From Podarcis muralis (Eukaryota), in contig NC_135656.1 in the NCBI RefSeq assembly GCF_964188315.1, positions 31,000,001 through 31,064,000 on the forward strand: a stretch of 64,000 nucleotides of DNA, in the 5' to 3' direction. The position numbers and the translations under genes are program-made. Positions 10,701 to 23,700 of the stretch are shown here, in pieces; position 1 is the stretch's first letter, and every line of letters starts with the position of its first letter. The notes beneath the pieces are model-generated. The model ran no database searches. It was not told where the DNA came from and was given only the letters and a program-made list of their open reading frames with translations.

Positions 10701-13700
10701 TGCTGGATGGCCTCAAGTGGTGGCTGATGATGTTATACGGGCAGCCCACAGACTGAAGAATGAGATGTTTGTGATGGGAGGAAAGATCAAAGGGAAAACA
10801 CTGCTTCCTTTGCCAGACCACATAGATACCTTGGAGAGTTCAGTGGATATGTTTGACACGTGGGTGCCCTAAAATAATGTCTGCCAATGTCTATACTTCT
10901 TGTTGTCTTGTACATTGTGTATGTGCAGCATATGAAGAACCCATTATTTTCATTTATTTATTTTTTTAAAAGGCTACTCTCATCCCTAAGGGGCAATTAC
11001 TTGCATGTATGTATTTGGCATGCCTCCATGCTGTGATCCTCAGAGATGCCAACCACCAAGGAAGAGCGATGGCCCAAACAAAGGGAAATACAAACGTTCC
11101 TGGTTGTAAAGGCACAGGCACCTAGGAGGGAATCCAAGGACCATTAGGCAGTGCTCCTGCAACTAAAGAGATCCTGGAACAATTTACTGAGTTTTATATT
11201 ATAGCCGGGCTGGCTAGTAACTGAATGGAGCTCCCTTTATTAACTTTTAGTTCAGAGGTTCTTAACTTGTGGCCCATGGCACCTAGGAGGTCCACTTTTA
11301 AGGGGTCTGTGAACCAAGTGCAAAAAAACCCCAAACAATAAATTAAATAGTATGCAAAATTGTGTATGTGTTTATGTGCATTGGAAGGGATTCCATAGGT
11401 TTCCTCAGATTTTCAAAGGGGCCTGTGACCCCAAAGAGGTTAATAACCACTATGCAAGTTGTTTCTGGATGAGAAGTTAAAACTGTTTCCACCATACTGT
11501 CCTTTGTGGGTTCTTTCAGGCTTCCTAGAGCTGTGGACAGTACACTGTTACACTCCATTGAAACCATCATCATTGACTGGTCTCATCAGATACGAGATAT
11601 CCTGAGCAAAGACTCAGCACAGCCTCTTCTGGATGGCTTGAACCCATTACCCAGAGTGGAATTTGATTTCTGGCACAGCCGGCAGGTTAACCTGCAGTGC
11701 ATAAATGAACAGGTAAGTGGGAGTTTATGGGCACTTCATGAGACCTGGCTGCAAACCACCATATGGCCATGAAAACAAGTTGCTAAAGTTGGGGGTTTTG
11801 TGTTTTTGTTTCTCCCAGCTGTATGCCCCTCAGGTGAAAAAGATTGCTGATATTTTGGAGAGGGCAAAGAGCTGTTACTGGCCAGCACTCAGGAATGTTT
11901 TCAAGGACGTCTCTGCAGGTACTACCTCCTTTCTTAAAATAAATGACCGCCAGCAAGTTGTTTTGGGTCATATGTAACAAACGGCTTTCATGCCCCTCCT
12001 TAATTTATCTACTCTGTCATTTTTGTTTTATACAGGACTGAAGGAGGCTGATGATATTAACTTGTACTTGCAGCCACTGAAAGTTGTGTTGGAAGAAGTG
12101 GAACAAGCTGATTATCATCAGGTATATATATTACAGGGAGGAACTAACATTTGAAAATTAAAATAGGCCACCTTGCTTATGCATCACTGCTAAGACCCTC
12201 TTAAAAAATGAATTGCTAGCCATTTTTACTGCTACAATGGTGTATAAAAATATCTGGAGGGCAACAGTTTGGGCAGCCTTGGTGTATACATTTTGTCTGT
12301 CTTCCATGATACTTTACTGAGGCTTATATTCTATATAGCACTATGGTGAATGTTCTCCAAGAAGTCCATTGTTATCCAAAAAGTTCAAAAAAGGCTGTTT
12401 TCAATGGCCAGAAACACCTCTGTGAAGAGGAAATGGGAGCTTATGTCCTGGCTTCCACCCAACCAACCAGAGTTGTACTTACCTGCAAGTAAAGAAGTTA
12501 AGAAATGAACATTTAATAATGCGATCTAAGGGTAGCCTAAGCAGTCCTTAGTAGTTAGGAAAGTGCAGAATCGAGTCCAAGTGCTCTTACAAGAAGCAGC
12601 AACAATAAGTTTGGTCCAGGAACAAGAGCCAATGTTCAGAAGTCTGAGATTGGTAACCAGAGTTCCATGGATGTTGTGATGTTCCTACAAGCAGTGGCAG
12701 AAGAAGAGGAGTGCCCCCATCAGCGCGATCCCGGTAGGGTGCCATCGTGGCTGCCCCCCTGCCTGCGCTGGGCGCCACGCTCCCACAGCGCGCCAGCCCC
12801 GCCCCCGCCTGCTCTCCACCCCCTGGTGCCGGAGCATGAAGCTCCGCCACTGCCTACAAGTTTCCCACCTACCCACCAATATTTTAAACAGTGATGAAGA
12901 ATGCCCAGCTACTCACAGGAATCCGTATCCCTGCAGGAATTCCTGGGTTTCAGGCATGCACTCTGCCTCGTGGGTTGATTCTCTGCCTTTCCTTGGGGTA
13001 AATAAGTGATGCAAGTGCGTCACTTATCGCTGAAGAATTTATCGTCCCTTTGGAGAAATTCAGTAAATTTGTCCATCCAAAAATAGGGTGGAGAATTTTT
13101 AGAGGCCATTTGCTTACAGCTCAAGTTAAAATTAAACCACCTTGCCTTAAACATGTGGAATTTAGTTGCTTGAAACCTTTACTTTCTCTTTTTTTAATAT
13201 GTCCACACAGCTTCCTCCATTCATCAGCAATGTCATGTACACCGTCTGCTTGATCTGGGCCAATTCTGAATACTACAACATTCCATCCCGGATCATTGTC
13301 GTATTGCAGGAGATCTGTAACCTCTTCATTGAATTGGTACTGTTCTGTGAAAATAAAGTTCTAGATTGGGGGGATTCCCATCCCCTTTCCCATATTCTTT
13401 TCTTCGTTTCTTCTAATTTCCATTTGGTTTTTGTTTTGGTGATTGCAGCCATTAAATATAGTTTCAGCCAAATTTATTTTGCAGATGCTGAAACTGGTTA
13501 ACTGGAAGGTGGGGTGGGGAATAGAAAATGAAACAGGGCCTGGGCAGGTTTGGTTGAGAGCCTAAAGCGAGTGCAAAATTTCAGCAGAAATTGTTGCACC
13601 GGGAGGACTTGCCCTTCCTGCTTCTATCTTGTGGTTCATACCTGATCCACTGAAACAAGTAAGAAGTTGGTCAATTCCAGTTGTGAGCTCAGGATTGCCC

Positions 13701-16700
13701 ACATTTGTGTTTCAACAGTCAAAGGAAAAATGAATGGTACACATGCTTAGGTGTGCTGCGGAAAGTCAGGAGTATAGGTGGTCAATGGTATTGTTGTCAC
13801 AGAGTCCCAACCATTGATTGTCCTCCCATTTGGATGAGATTTGCAGAAAGTTTGACTTACCACTTTGCATGTGCATAAGGCAGTGTTTCCCAACCGGTGT
13901 TCCGCGGCACACGAGTGTGCCGTCAGACGTTGCCTCGTGTGCCGCGAGATGCCTGGAGGGAGGCGGGCGAGTCGGGCGGCGAGAGGCGGGGCGGCGGCGG
14001 CGAGGAGAGGCCGCGCCTCCTGCTGCTGCCTGGCGCTCCTCCTCGCAGCCGGCAGCGCTGCCTGGGCGCCTCCGCGCGACTCTGCCTCGCTGGGTTTGGT
14101 CTCCCAGCAGAGACGGGTCACACGCGCCCCTCCCTCCCTCCCTCAGCCTGCGCGGAGGGAGAGCCAGAGAGAGGCATCGCTCCTGCGCGGCGGGAGAGGG
14201 AGCAGCCGGAGCGATGCCCCAAACGAACGGGACCGGAGGGGAAATCCTCTCCGAGGCGGATTGAGCGCAGCTGAGAGAAGCCTTTCGAGGAGCTGCCGTG
14301 TCCCCTGGAAACCCCCTTCCCAGCTCTGCCTCAGCCGCCGCCGCCTCAGTTGCCGCCGTCCCTCAGTCCCTCGCTCTGCTGCCTCCTCCCACCCCCAAAG
14401 CTTGGAGGTTCCCCAGCAAGGGGGAGGGAAAAAACTTTCACTTTTGTGCGTCCCTCCCGGCGTGACGCTGCGCGCTGACGTCACGGGGCGGGGCTTTAAT
14501 GGTGGTGTGCCGCGAGATTTTTTTTCAGTAAACAGGTGTGCCGTTGCCCAAAAACGTTTGGGAAACACTGGCATAAGGAGGCAGTGGAGGAGCCTAAATC
14601 ACAGCCTCAATGAAAGCCATTATTTCCTGCTGTAACAAGCACACTTTGTGCTGATAAATTATGAGCAATATAACAACTACCTGAAGGGGCTGATTCATCA
14701 ATGCACTGCCTTGCACTGCCAAACTGTTGCAGGGTTCCACTTCCAGTTTGCTTTAATGTGCCCTGTTCACCCAAGCGTCATCTTTGACTACACTGCTTTC
14801 TATTTAGACACGTAATTTTCTGAGTCCCGAGGAAGTGCTCAAGGGCTTACAAGGTGAAATTGAAGAGGTGCTAGGAGGGATCAAGCTGGGTATCTCCGTG
14901 ATAGAGAAACTCTACAAGACTTACGACGTTTGCTGCACAGATATGATGCCCAAGTTTTTTAAGGTGGGTTACTGATACCAGTGGACTTTGGTTCTCAGAG
15001 AAAGCATTACTCAGAACTTCACAGTGCAGCACATTCCGTATAAGTTATTCCATTTAATAATGTGGAAAACTATTTTATTTATTTTAAAAAAATGTTTTTA
15101 TTTGACTTTACAGATATAAATTTATAACAAAACTACATACATATCCATATAAAGAGATTTCTCTGAATCTGGAGACTCCCCCCCCCCCTCAATCCTCTCC
15201 ATGGGTCTTATTTTCAACGTTTTCAACTGCATATTATTTCATAATCTATATTTTATATCTATCCATATTGTCCATCATATTTGTTACATTACAAGTGAGA
15301 TTAAAATGCTCCTAATGTTTTCATCTGCTTACAGTGGTCTCCTAAATAAATTATAAATTTTCCCCATTCTTTCTTGTGGAAAACTATTTTAAACAGCTCT
15401 ACCTGGTCAGGGCTGCTTCTAGATACAGTTGTTCAATTTCAGAATTTTACTTGCAGAAAAATTCATATTAGGAAGCAATTTTCCCTCAACTTCAGGTTGG
15501 CTGGTCACTGAGGGCCCATCCACAATTTACGTTAAGTCTGAGCTTAGTTTTCCCATTATCAGTTTTGTTCGGAGCTCTGCATTCCCACCTGATTTCTTGT
15601 CTCAGATTTTGCCTGGGTTTTATTCAGGGGGAAACATCTGCAAACCTGTTTCCCCATTCATTCTTCTAGCATGCTTTTCTTATTGTCTCCTCCTCCTCCT
15701 CTGCCCCCCCCCCCATGGCAGCCGAGTTGAGCATGTACGTACAGATTTTTTTTATTATCAAGGGGGCATCTTTGTGCTTTGCTCAGATTTCCAGACCTCT
15801 GCACAAACAAAGCACCAGAAATCATGGTGACGGTCTGTGCATTGCTTGTTTTTTTTCTGTTAGCTCATGTGCAAAGTTATGACTGGAAGGGATGTTTGTT
15901 TGGTCACAGAGCAAAATGGCCGCAGAACTCCATTCAAACAGCACACAACGTATGTCCTTTGCATCTGGGGACTAAGTGAGCAGCAATTTGCAGTGAGCTT
16001 TGAGCAAGTCCCTTAGGGGTTCCTCCCACCCCTTGCAGTCCCGGGGACAAAAGGGTCTTTTGAGGGTCACGGGTACTGTTTCTTCCATTGCACAGCGCTA
16101 CAGTTTTCAGACGGCTTTAACAATCGCTCCCTTTTCCCAGGGAACTCTGGGAACTGGGAAGTGAGGGGAATAGCAACCTCCTAATGACTCTCAGCATCCT
16201 TAATAAACTACAGTTCCCAGGATCCTGTGGGGGAAAGCATGGCAGTTTCAAGTGGTATGTGAATATACCTTTAAGGGCACCTCCCATATCTTGTTTAGGA
16301 GGTTAGGCCTAAGCAGGAAGCAGGGCTGAAAGCAGAGTGAGAAAGTAGCTTAAGGGGGGAAGAGCTGTTGTTCATTGTCCTTTAACAAAACTTTCTTATT
16401 CAACTTCTCTGACCTACACATCCTTAGATAGATAATACTACTGTATGATACCAGTTTAAATATATATAGTGCAAATGGGGCCTTAAAGTTGCAGCTAAAT
16501 GCAGCTGCTGCCTATATAGAGTTGGTCACACTCTCTTATTTCTGTTTGCAGGACAAAGAACCCCAGTACTGGGAGTTCCCTTCTACACTAGTTTTCACTA
16601 GAATGAATTCATTTTTTCACAGACTGAAGACAATAGAGGTGAGAATTAAACTGTCTAGAATGAGAAACAACCATAGCTAAAAGTTTCCCAGACCCCAAAA

Positions 16701-16747
<47 letters not shown>

Positions 16748-19700
16748 GATATTTAAAATCACATACCATATTTTTGTTTTCAGAAAACTGTATATTTAAA
16801 AGTGATAACACTGGACAAAGTAAATTTTAGTGACCCTTGTTATTTTTTTTAAAATAATCAGTGTTGAAGCCACTTGTAAAAAAGCGTTTCCTGTTTAAGG
16901 AATGTAAAGAGAGCTGATTAGCAGCAAAACCAAGTCATTTAAAGTTTATTCAAAAGAAGGAGGCGGTTGGTAACTGTTGTTCATTTGTGTATTTTTTTTA
17001 GGAACTATACATGACTTCAATTGAATTTCTCAAACTGGAGAAAATTGAATTGGGAGGTGTGAGAGGCAATATCTTAGGGAAGCTGGTGGTTCAAATTTAT
17101 GAGGAGGTTCTCGAATATGTTAAGGTCTTTGTTGAGTGCAAATATGATCCTTTAGATCCGGCAGATGAGGTTAGTAATTTCAATATAGGAAATTTATTCA
17201 TATGTAGATGGCATAAATTATTTGCTTACTGTAAGGGGCAAAATCCCAATGTGCTCTAATTACTATAGCAACAAATGTATTCTCTTCAAGGTAGTTGGCC
17301 TAGCTTATTTTCTACTTTGGTTTAATTAACTTTTAAAAGTCAACAGATATGGCACATGATTGTTATAACTCATTTGTTGTTGTTGTTGATTGTTATTATT
17401 ATAATTGAAAGCAATTTGATGAAGACTTTGCAGACTTCCAGATCAAAATTCAGGATTTGGATCGACGGCTGTCCACCATTTTCTATCAAGGATTTGTTGA
17501 CTGCTCCAGTTTTGAATCTGCTGTCAAGGTACATACATTCCTGTGTTTAACCTAAACCCAGATAGCTTTATCTGCAGTGGAGCAAGCAGTAATTTTACCT
17601 GCAGGAGCAAGCAGTAATTTATACTCCTGCAGGTAAAGAAGCCAGTTTTGTCCCTAGCTGCCATGGAAGGTCCATCCCATGCAAGGAAGAAAATACTTTC
17701 TTTTTTTCAGATCTGAGCCCACTGAAGATTAGCATTAAATTTTCAAGCAAACATCTCCTAGGGTAGTAAGCAGCAGGATTGTGTGGGGTCTCTCTCAGTG
17801 TCAACCTACCTCCTTTCTACTTCTTTGAGTGCCATTTATAATGAGAGGGGGGGAAAGAGAATACAGCTTTGTGCCAAATTTGCACACATTCATGTGTATG
17901 TATAGATGCAGATTTAGAAATGATGACAATGATTTGAGTAGGAACAGACTACATCTCACCATAGCAAGGAAGATGGTAAGCCGGTGACCATTTTTGCCTC
18001 TTCAGTCTTCTGTCCCACGGCTAACTGTTAATGGGATCTGCTTGATCTCAAAAGGCAGAGAGTTCCAAAGGGCAGGTGCTGCCTGTCACACTAAACAACT
18101 GAGTTCTTACAAATCCAGAACAGGTATTATATGGCACCTCTAGTAGTGCCAATTCTGCTGATCAAAGTGGTCAAGTAGGCACATGTGAGGCAAGGCAATC
18201 TTGTAGGTAAGCTGGCCCCGATATGCCAATAGTAACATCTTGAACCTGGCCCAGTAGCAAGCTGGCAAACAGTGCAGATCTCTGAGCGTAGGTGAACTAA
18301 CATGAATGCATTTAAACAACAGCAAAAGCTTTCACTGCCACTTTCTGAGTACTCACCTCATTTTCTACTCTTTTTAATAATTGTGTTTAATGAGTTGTGT
18401 ATAATGTCTGCTTTCATTATGATTTATTGATTTTGTTTAGACGCCAGTTGATGGCCTGTTAAATAGATAAATGGACGCTAGGAATCATGTAATCATATGA
18501 CTATAAAAATGATAATAATGGTTTACCAATGGTTTACCATTATCCCAATTAACAAGTACAGTCATACCTCGGGTTACAGACGCTTCAGGTTGCGTTTTTT
18601 CGGGTTACAGACCGCTGAAACCCGGAAGTACCGGAACGGGTTACTTCCGAGTTTTGGCGGTCGCGCATGTGCAGAAGCGCAAAATCGCAGAAACGCCGAA
18701 TTGCAGCCCGCGCATATGCAGACGCGCCGCTGCGGGTTGCAAACGTGCATTCTGCACGGATCACGTTCGCAACCCGAGCATCCACTGTATATCAAGTTTA
18801 GTCTCCAGTCCGGACAGCAGTGCATACAAAGGTAGTCAGTCACCAATGCAACAGAGTGATTGTGGCCATTTGCAGATATTAAATTAATTGCTATAGCAAC
18901 TTGTATAGAACAACTTGGAAAGCTCTTAGCATGTCTTGGGGGGAACCCCAAGGTTTACAGAATTAAACACCTGCTTAAAAAAAAGGCACAAGGCGGACTG
19001 AGTATACTCAGTGGCCCATGGCATGTTGAGTGTCAGATGGAAAAGAAAACCAGAAAACCTAGGGAGGGGAATGGAATAAAACATTTTGGAGGAGAGTATG
19101 GCTGGCTAGAACCCTAAACAGGAACACACCTCTTAGGAGGAAAGTTCTTACTGCAAAATGTTATTGCAGGTCCACTTGCTTAGCATAATTCAGAATGGAT
19201 TTACAAATGAATGCTCAGAGAACATACCATTTTTAAAAACTGGGACCTCCTTTGTGATTTTTGTTCTCTAGCAAATCCATATGTTTGCATCCCTGTTGGA
19301 TCGACCATTAATAAAGGCAGACGTAGCACCGCACTATGCTACCCTTCTGGAGATGTTCAATGTTGAGCTGGACAATGCAAAGATTTTATATGATGCCCAA
19401 ATAGCTGCCACTGCAGCAGGTGATGGTGTGCCTCCCCTTAGCAAAAACATGCCCCCTGTTGCCGGGCAACTGAAGTGGGCTTTGGAACTCCAGGAAAGAT
19501 TGCAGCTCCCAAGGAAAGACTTGCGGGCCATTGATCATCCGTGAGTAGCAAATCATTTATAACTCACATTACCCACACGCTATTTCCTGAAGTAATATTA
19601 AAAGCTATAAGGCAGCTTCGTTTGCAGTCAATTAAATTCCGCTGCCCATCTGAAACTGAACTTTCTCCTTTCTGCAGGGTTATGTTCAGTTCTGAGGCCA

Positions 19701-20737
19701 AGCTGATATATGCAAAGTATGATGAAATGATACGTTTGCTGCAAGGTTACCGTGAGAAAATTTATGCAGATTGGATTGGCCGGGTTGACAGAGACTGCCA
19801 GTTCAACCTAGAGCAGCCACTGATCCATAGAGATCCAGAGACTAATCTTATTAGTGTGAATTTCAGCAAAGAGGTGTGTGAATAGGAAGAGAGCATGCTA
19901 GCATGTGATTTCTGGCTGCTATGTGTTAGAAAATATATTATTGTGCTATAGTGATATAACGCTACATTACTGCGGTGGTGCTATATGGGTGTACATTTCT
20001 GTACTTCCTTAAAAAAAAGAAGAACCCTGTTTTAGTGATAATTTCAACATTTATTTCAAAAAACAAGGTCATAAAATAGTGCCCACCCCAAATGTTATAA
20101 TGGAGGCACGCTGAACCATGAATAGTTTCCACTTTCCCAATAAGTCTACTTTCCTTGAATGGTGCTAGTCAAAATCCCACCCTTTTAAAAAGACATGAAG
20201 AGGAACGCTAAAGGTATATCCACTTGTGGAGATTGCACCACTCTTTCGTTCTTTCTGTAATCTGAGAAAAGACAGGAGAACCCCAGGTTTGGTTTGGTTT
20301 GGTTTGGTTTGGTTTGGTTTGGTTTGGTTTGGTTTGGTTTGGTTTTTTGAGAAAGGATGGTAGTGACTGAGTGATGGCGTCATGTGGATATTCTGTAAAA
20401 AGTAAGTGAATGAAGCCTAACAGTTCCACAGTAAATGCCTGGTGTGGAACCATACTCAGTTCCCTTTCTCTTCCTTCCAAGTGCCTGGTCTTCATCCAGA
20501 GAGGGAAGGCCATGCCATTAGATCGGGGGGGGGGGTGTTTCCATTTATAGAAGGGCATTCATTTCTCCCTGCTATATTATCATGTAGCTGGTAGCTGTTC
20601 TCCGTGAAGTCAAGTACCTGAACTTTCAGCAGCAGAAGGAAATTCCGGACAGTGCTGGAAGCCTCTTTTCTCAGAATGAAACATTTCGGAAGTTTGTGGA
20701 CAACTTAGATCTCATAGTTGGCTGGTATAACAAGGTA

Positions 20738-20772
<35 letters not shown>

Positions 20773-23700
20773 GGAATAAAGAAGTAGCTGTGTATTTTTT
20801 CCTTTGGTTTGTAGTCTGCATTTTTCTGCAAAGAGCTCATGGTAGAATACATTATTCTCCCTAACCCCTATTTAATCCTCGTGTCAACCTTGTGAAGTTG
20901 ATTGGGCTGAAGGGTAGTAACTGGACCAAGATGACCCAGTGATCTTCATGGTCCCTGTTCTAATCCATCACTCTTAACCGCTGTGCCAAGTAATGGTGTC
21001 TGAGCACAATGGGAAACCACTGTACATTCTACAAAACTTAAAGGAATAAGGCAGAACAAGACAGTACAGAAAGTCACTTTCTCTCTTTTGTTTATTGCTT
21101 TGCCTAAATCACCCACTAGTGTCCTTTGAGGTTCAGCAGATTAGCCCTGCAGCTGCTGAATCTCCTGCTCAGTCTAATCCTAATATCCTGCCGTTGATCC
21201 CAGCAGAAACTCCTTGTCAGGGGTCCAAACCTCTCTAAGTGTCTAGGATGGAGTCAGTGCCAATTCCAGGTTTTGGAGGGCCTGTGCTTAGATACCCTGC
21301 TTGGGTTCTACTCCCTCAGTGAGTCCACTTCCTCGCCTTCCTTATCACTGACAGCTGCTGCTGCTGCTCTTCCTCATCATTGGTACCACCTGCTTACTGC
21401 CTTTCCCTCTCATCACCACAGTCTGGGCCAGAGGGAGAAGCTGGTGAACAAGCAACTTGCAATGGTGAAGAGGAGATCAAGGGGTCTGTTATCAGTGGGC
21501 CCTCTGCTGAGGTGCAGGCTCTTGGCAGATGCCTGACCATGCTTGGTGCTGGCCCTGGAAGGGGTTGAGATGAGAAGTGTGTTACCTAAGACAGCACTAT
21601 GCATCTCAAGCATCAGCATGATGAGCTCTGTGCATTACAATAAGCTGCTTGCTTTTAGATCAAGAAGACAATTTTGACAGTAGAACTTCCACTGGTCAAG
21701 GGGGAGCTGCAAGAAATTGACGTTGGCCTGAGAAAAGCTGAGACCAACTTGTACTGGAGCAATGAAGGTACAAAACTCTTGTCATTTATTTGTTACGAAC
21801 TGTAGCCCACCGCCCTTCCTTTTTGAGTGCATTGATCAAACGATTGAAGTGCTCAACACCAGAGTTTGCAAGTTGAAGCCCATCTGCCTTCACATAAAAT
21901 GGGCACCAACTAGTACCTCTTAAAGGAGGACTGGAGAACCGCTGAGCCTCCAGATATTGTTGGAGGACAACTCCTGCATCTGGGAATTGGATGTAGGCTT
22001 GTTCTACCTACTCGCCTTGAAAGGAAGTGGTTTGTAGCCTGGGGGCACTGCTGGATCTAGCACTGTGTCACATCAGGTACAAGTTGCCTCAGGGGGGAGG
22101 AATGCCTGCCTGTTAACAGCTCTAGACTAGCGTGCCATTCCTGGATTAGGGCAGCCTTGACATTCTTATAGTCTCTCAGCTAGACTACTGTAATGTGCTC
22201 TATACTGGGCCGTCCTCGAAGATGGTCCAGAGGTTACAGCTAGTGCAGAATGCTTTCAGGATTTGCATTGACTGCCTCTAAGCTACAGGGCCCAATTTAA
22301 GGTTTTGGAATTAGTATTTAAAGTCTTTCCTGGCCTGTCACACAGCTGTTAGTCGAATCAGCTTTTCCCATACCATCCATCCTTGGCCTTGTGATTTGAG
22401 GCGGCAGGGAGCTCGCCTGACTTGCTGTATGGTAATGCGAGAGAAGAACAACACCCCCTCCCCAAATACAGTGGAATACCCTTTTTCTTGGAAGTACAGA
22501 TGGCAGAGACTTTTGTTGGAATTCTGCCAACAATAAAAAAAATCTTATTAACCACAGACATTTGGTGCACATTAGTAAGATCTCCCATTGCTTCTAGTAT
22601 TCTCATGCTGTTGTTAATAATTAGTTTAATTAATTTATCATTGTAATCGCTGGTGTGCTTTTGATGTATTTGTTGTATTTTATATAAAGTTGAAAACCAC
22701 CCTGGGATTGCTTTGATGGGATGAAGGGCAGCCTACAAATTTTAGAAGGGAATAAATGTTTCCCCGGCAATGTGCAGTTCAAGAAAAAGATGTGCCATTG
22801 GGTTTACTTATCATCACCACCTCCTGCTCCGTTTCTTCAATAGCTGCTACTTGCAGGGGGCAGACACACATTTCCACTTCTGCTATATATTACTGAAGAG
22901 AAACAGTCCAGAGATGTGGTCAGACAGCATCCCACTTCTCCCCATACTGTGTACTTTGAACCAGTAATCCAGAGAGGTCCCATTCGGAATTTTACTGTCT
23001 TCATCAGTGGAATGGGAGGATGTTGGTGTCAACCAACATTTTTGGAGATGGTAAAGATGTGTCCAGGGCAGCTGTCTACCAACTCCATCTGGTATGCTGG
23101 CTGAGACCCTACCTGCCTGCGCACTGTCTCGCCAGAGTAGTACATGCTTTGTTGTTGCCCACCTAGACTACTGCAATCTGCTCTATGCAGGGCTACCTTT
23201 GGAGGTGACTCAGAAACTACAACTAATCCAAAATGCGGCAGCAAGACTAGTGACTGAGAGTGGCTGCTGGGACTATATAACACCAGTCCTAAAGGATCTT
23301 CACAGGCTCCCAGTACGTTTCTGAGCACAATTCAAAGTGTTGGTGCTGACCCTTGAAGCCCTAAAAGACCTCAGCTCAGTATACGTAAAGGAGCATCTCC
23401 ACCTCCATCGTTCAGCTCAGACACTGAGGTTCTCCTCTGAGGGGCTTCCGCTGGTTCCCTCACCGCGAGAAGCGAAGTTACAGGGAATCGGGCAGAGGGC
23501 CTTCACAGCAGTGGCACCCTCCCTGTGGAACGCCCTCCCTTCAGATGTCAAGGAGATAAAGAATTAGAAAACTTTTAGAAGACATCTGAAGGCAGCCCTG
23601 TAACAGGAAGTTTTCAATGTTTGATTTCTATGTTTTATGTATGCTGTAAGCCAGCCAGATGGGTGGTGTATAAATAATAACATTATTATTATTATTAAGG

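Noticed and set aside
13747-14635. Several overlapping ORFs of 124-256 aa on both strands
   Set aside because: They lie within the GC-rich hAT MITE, are low-complexity Arg/Ala/Pro-rich, and show no domain motifs. Stop-codon scarcity explains them.
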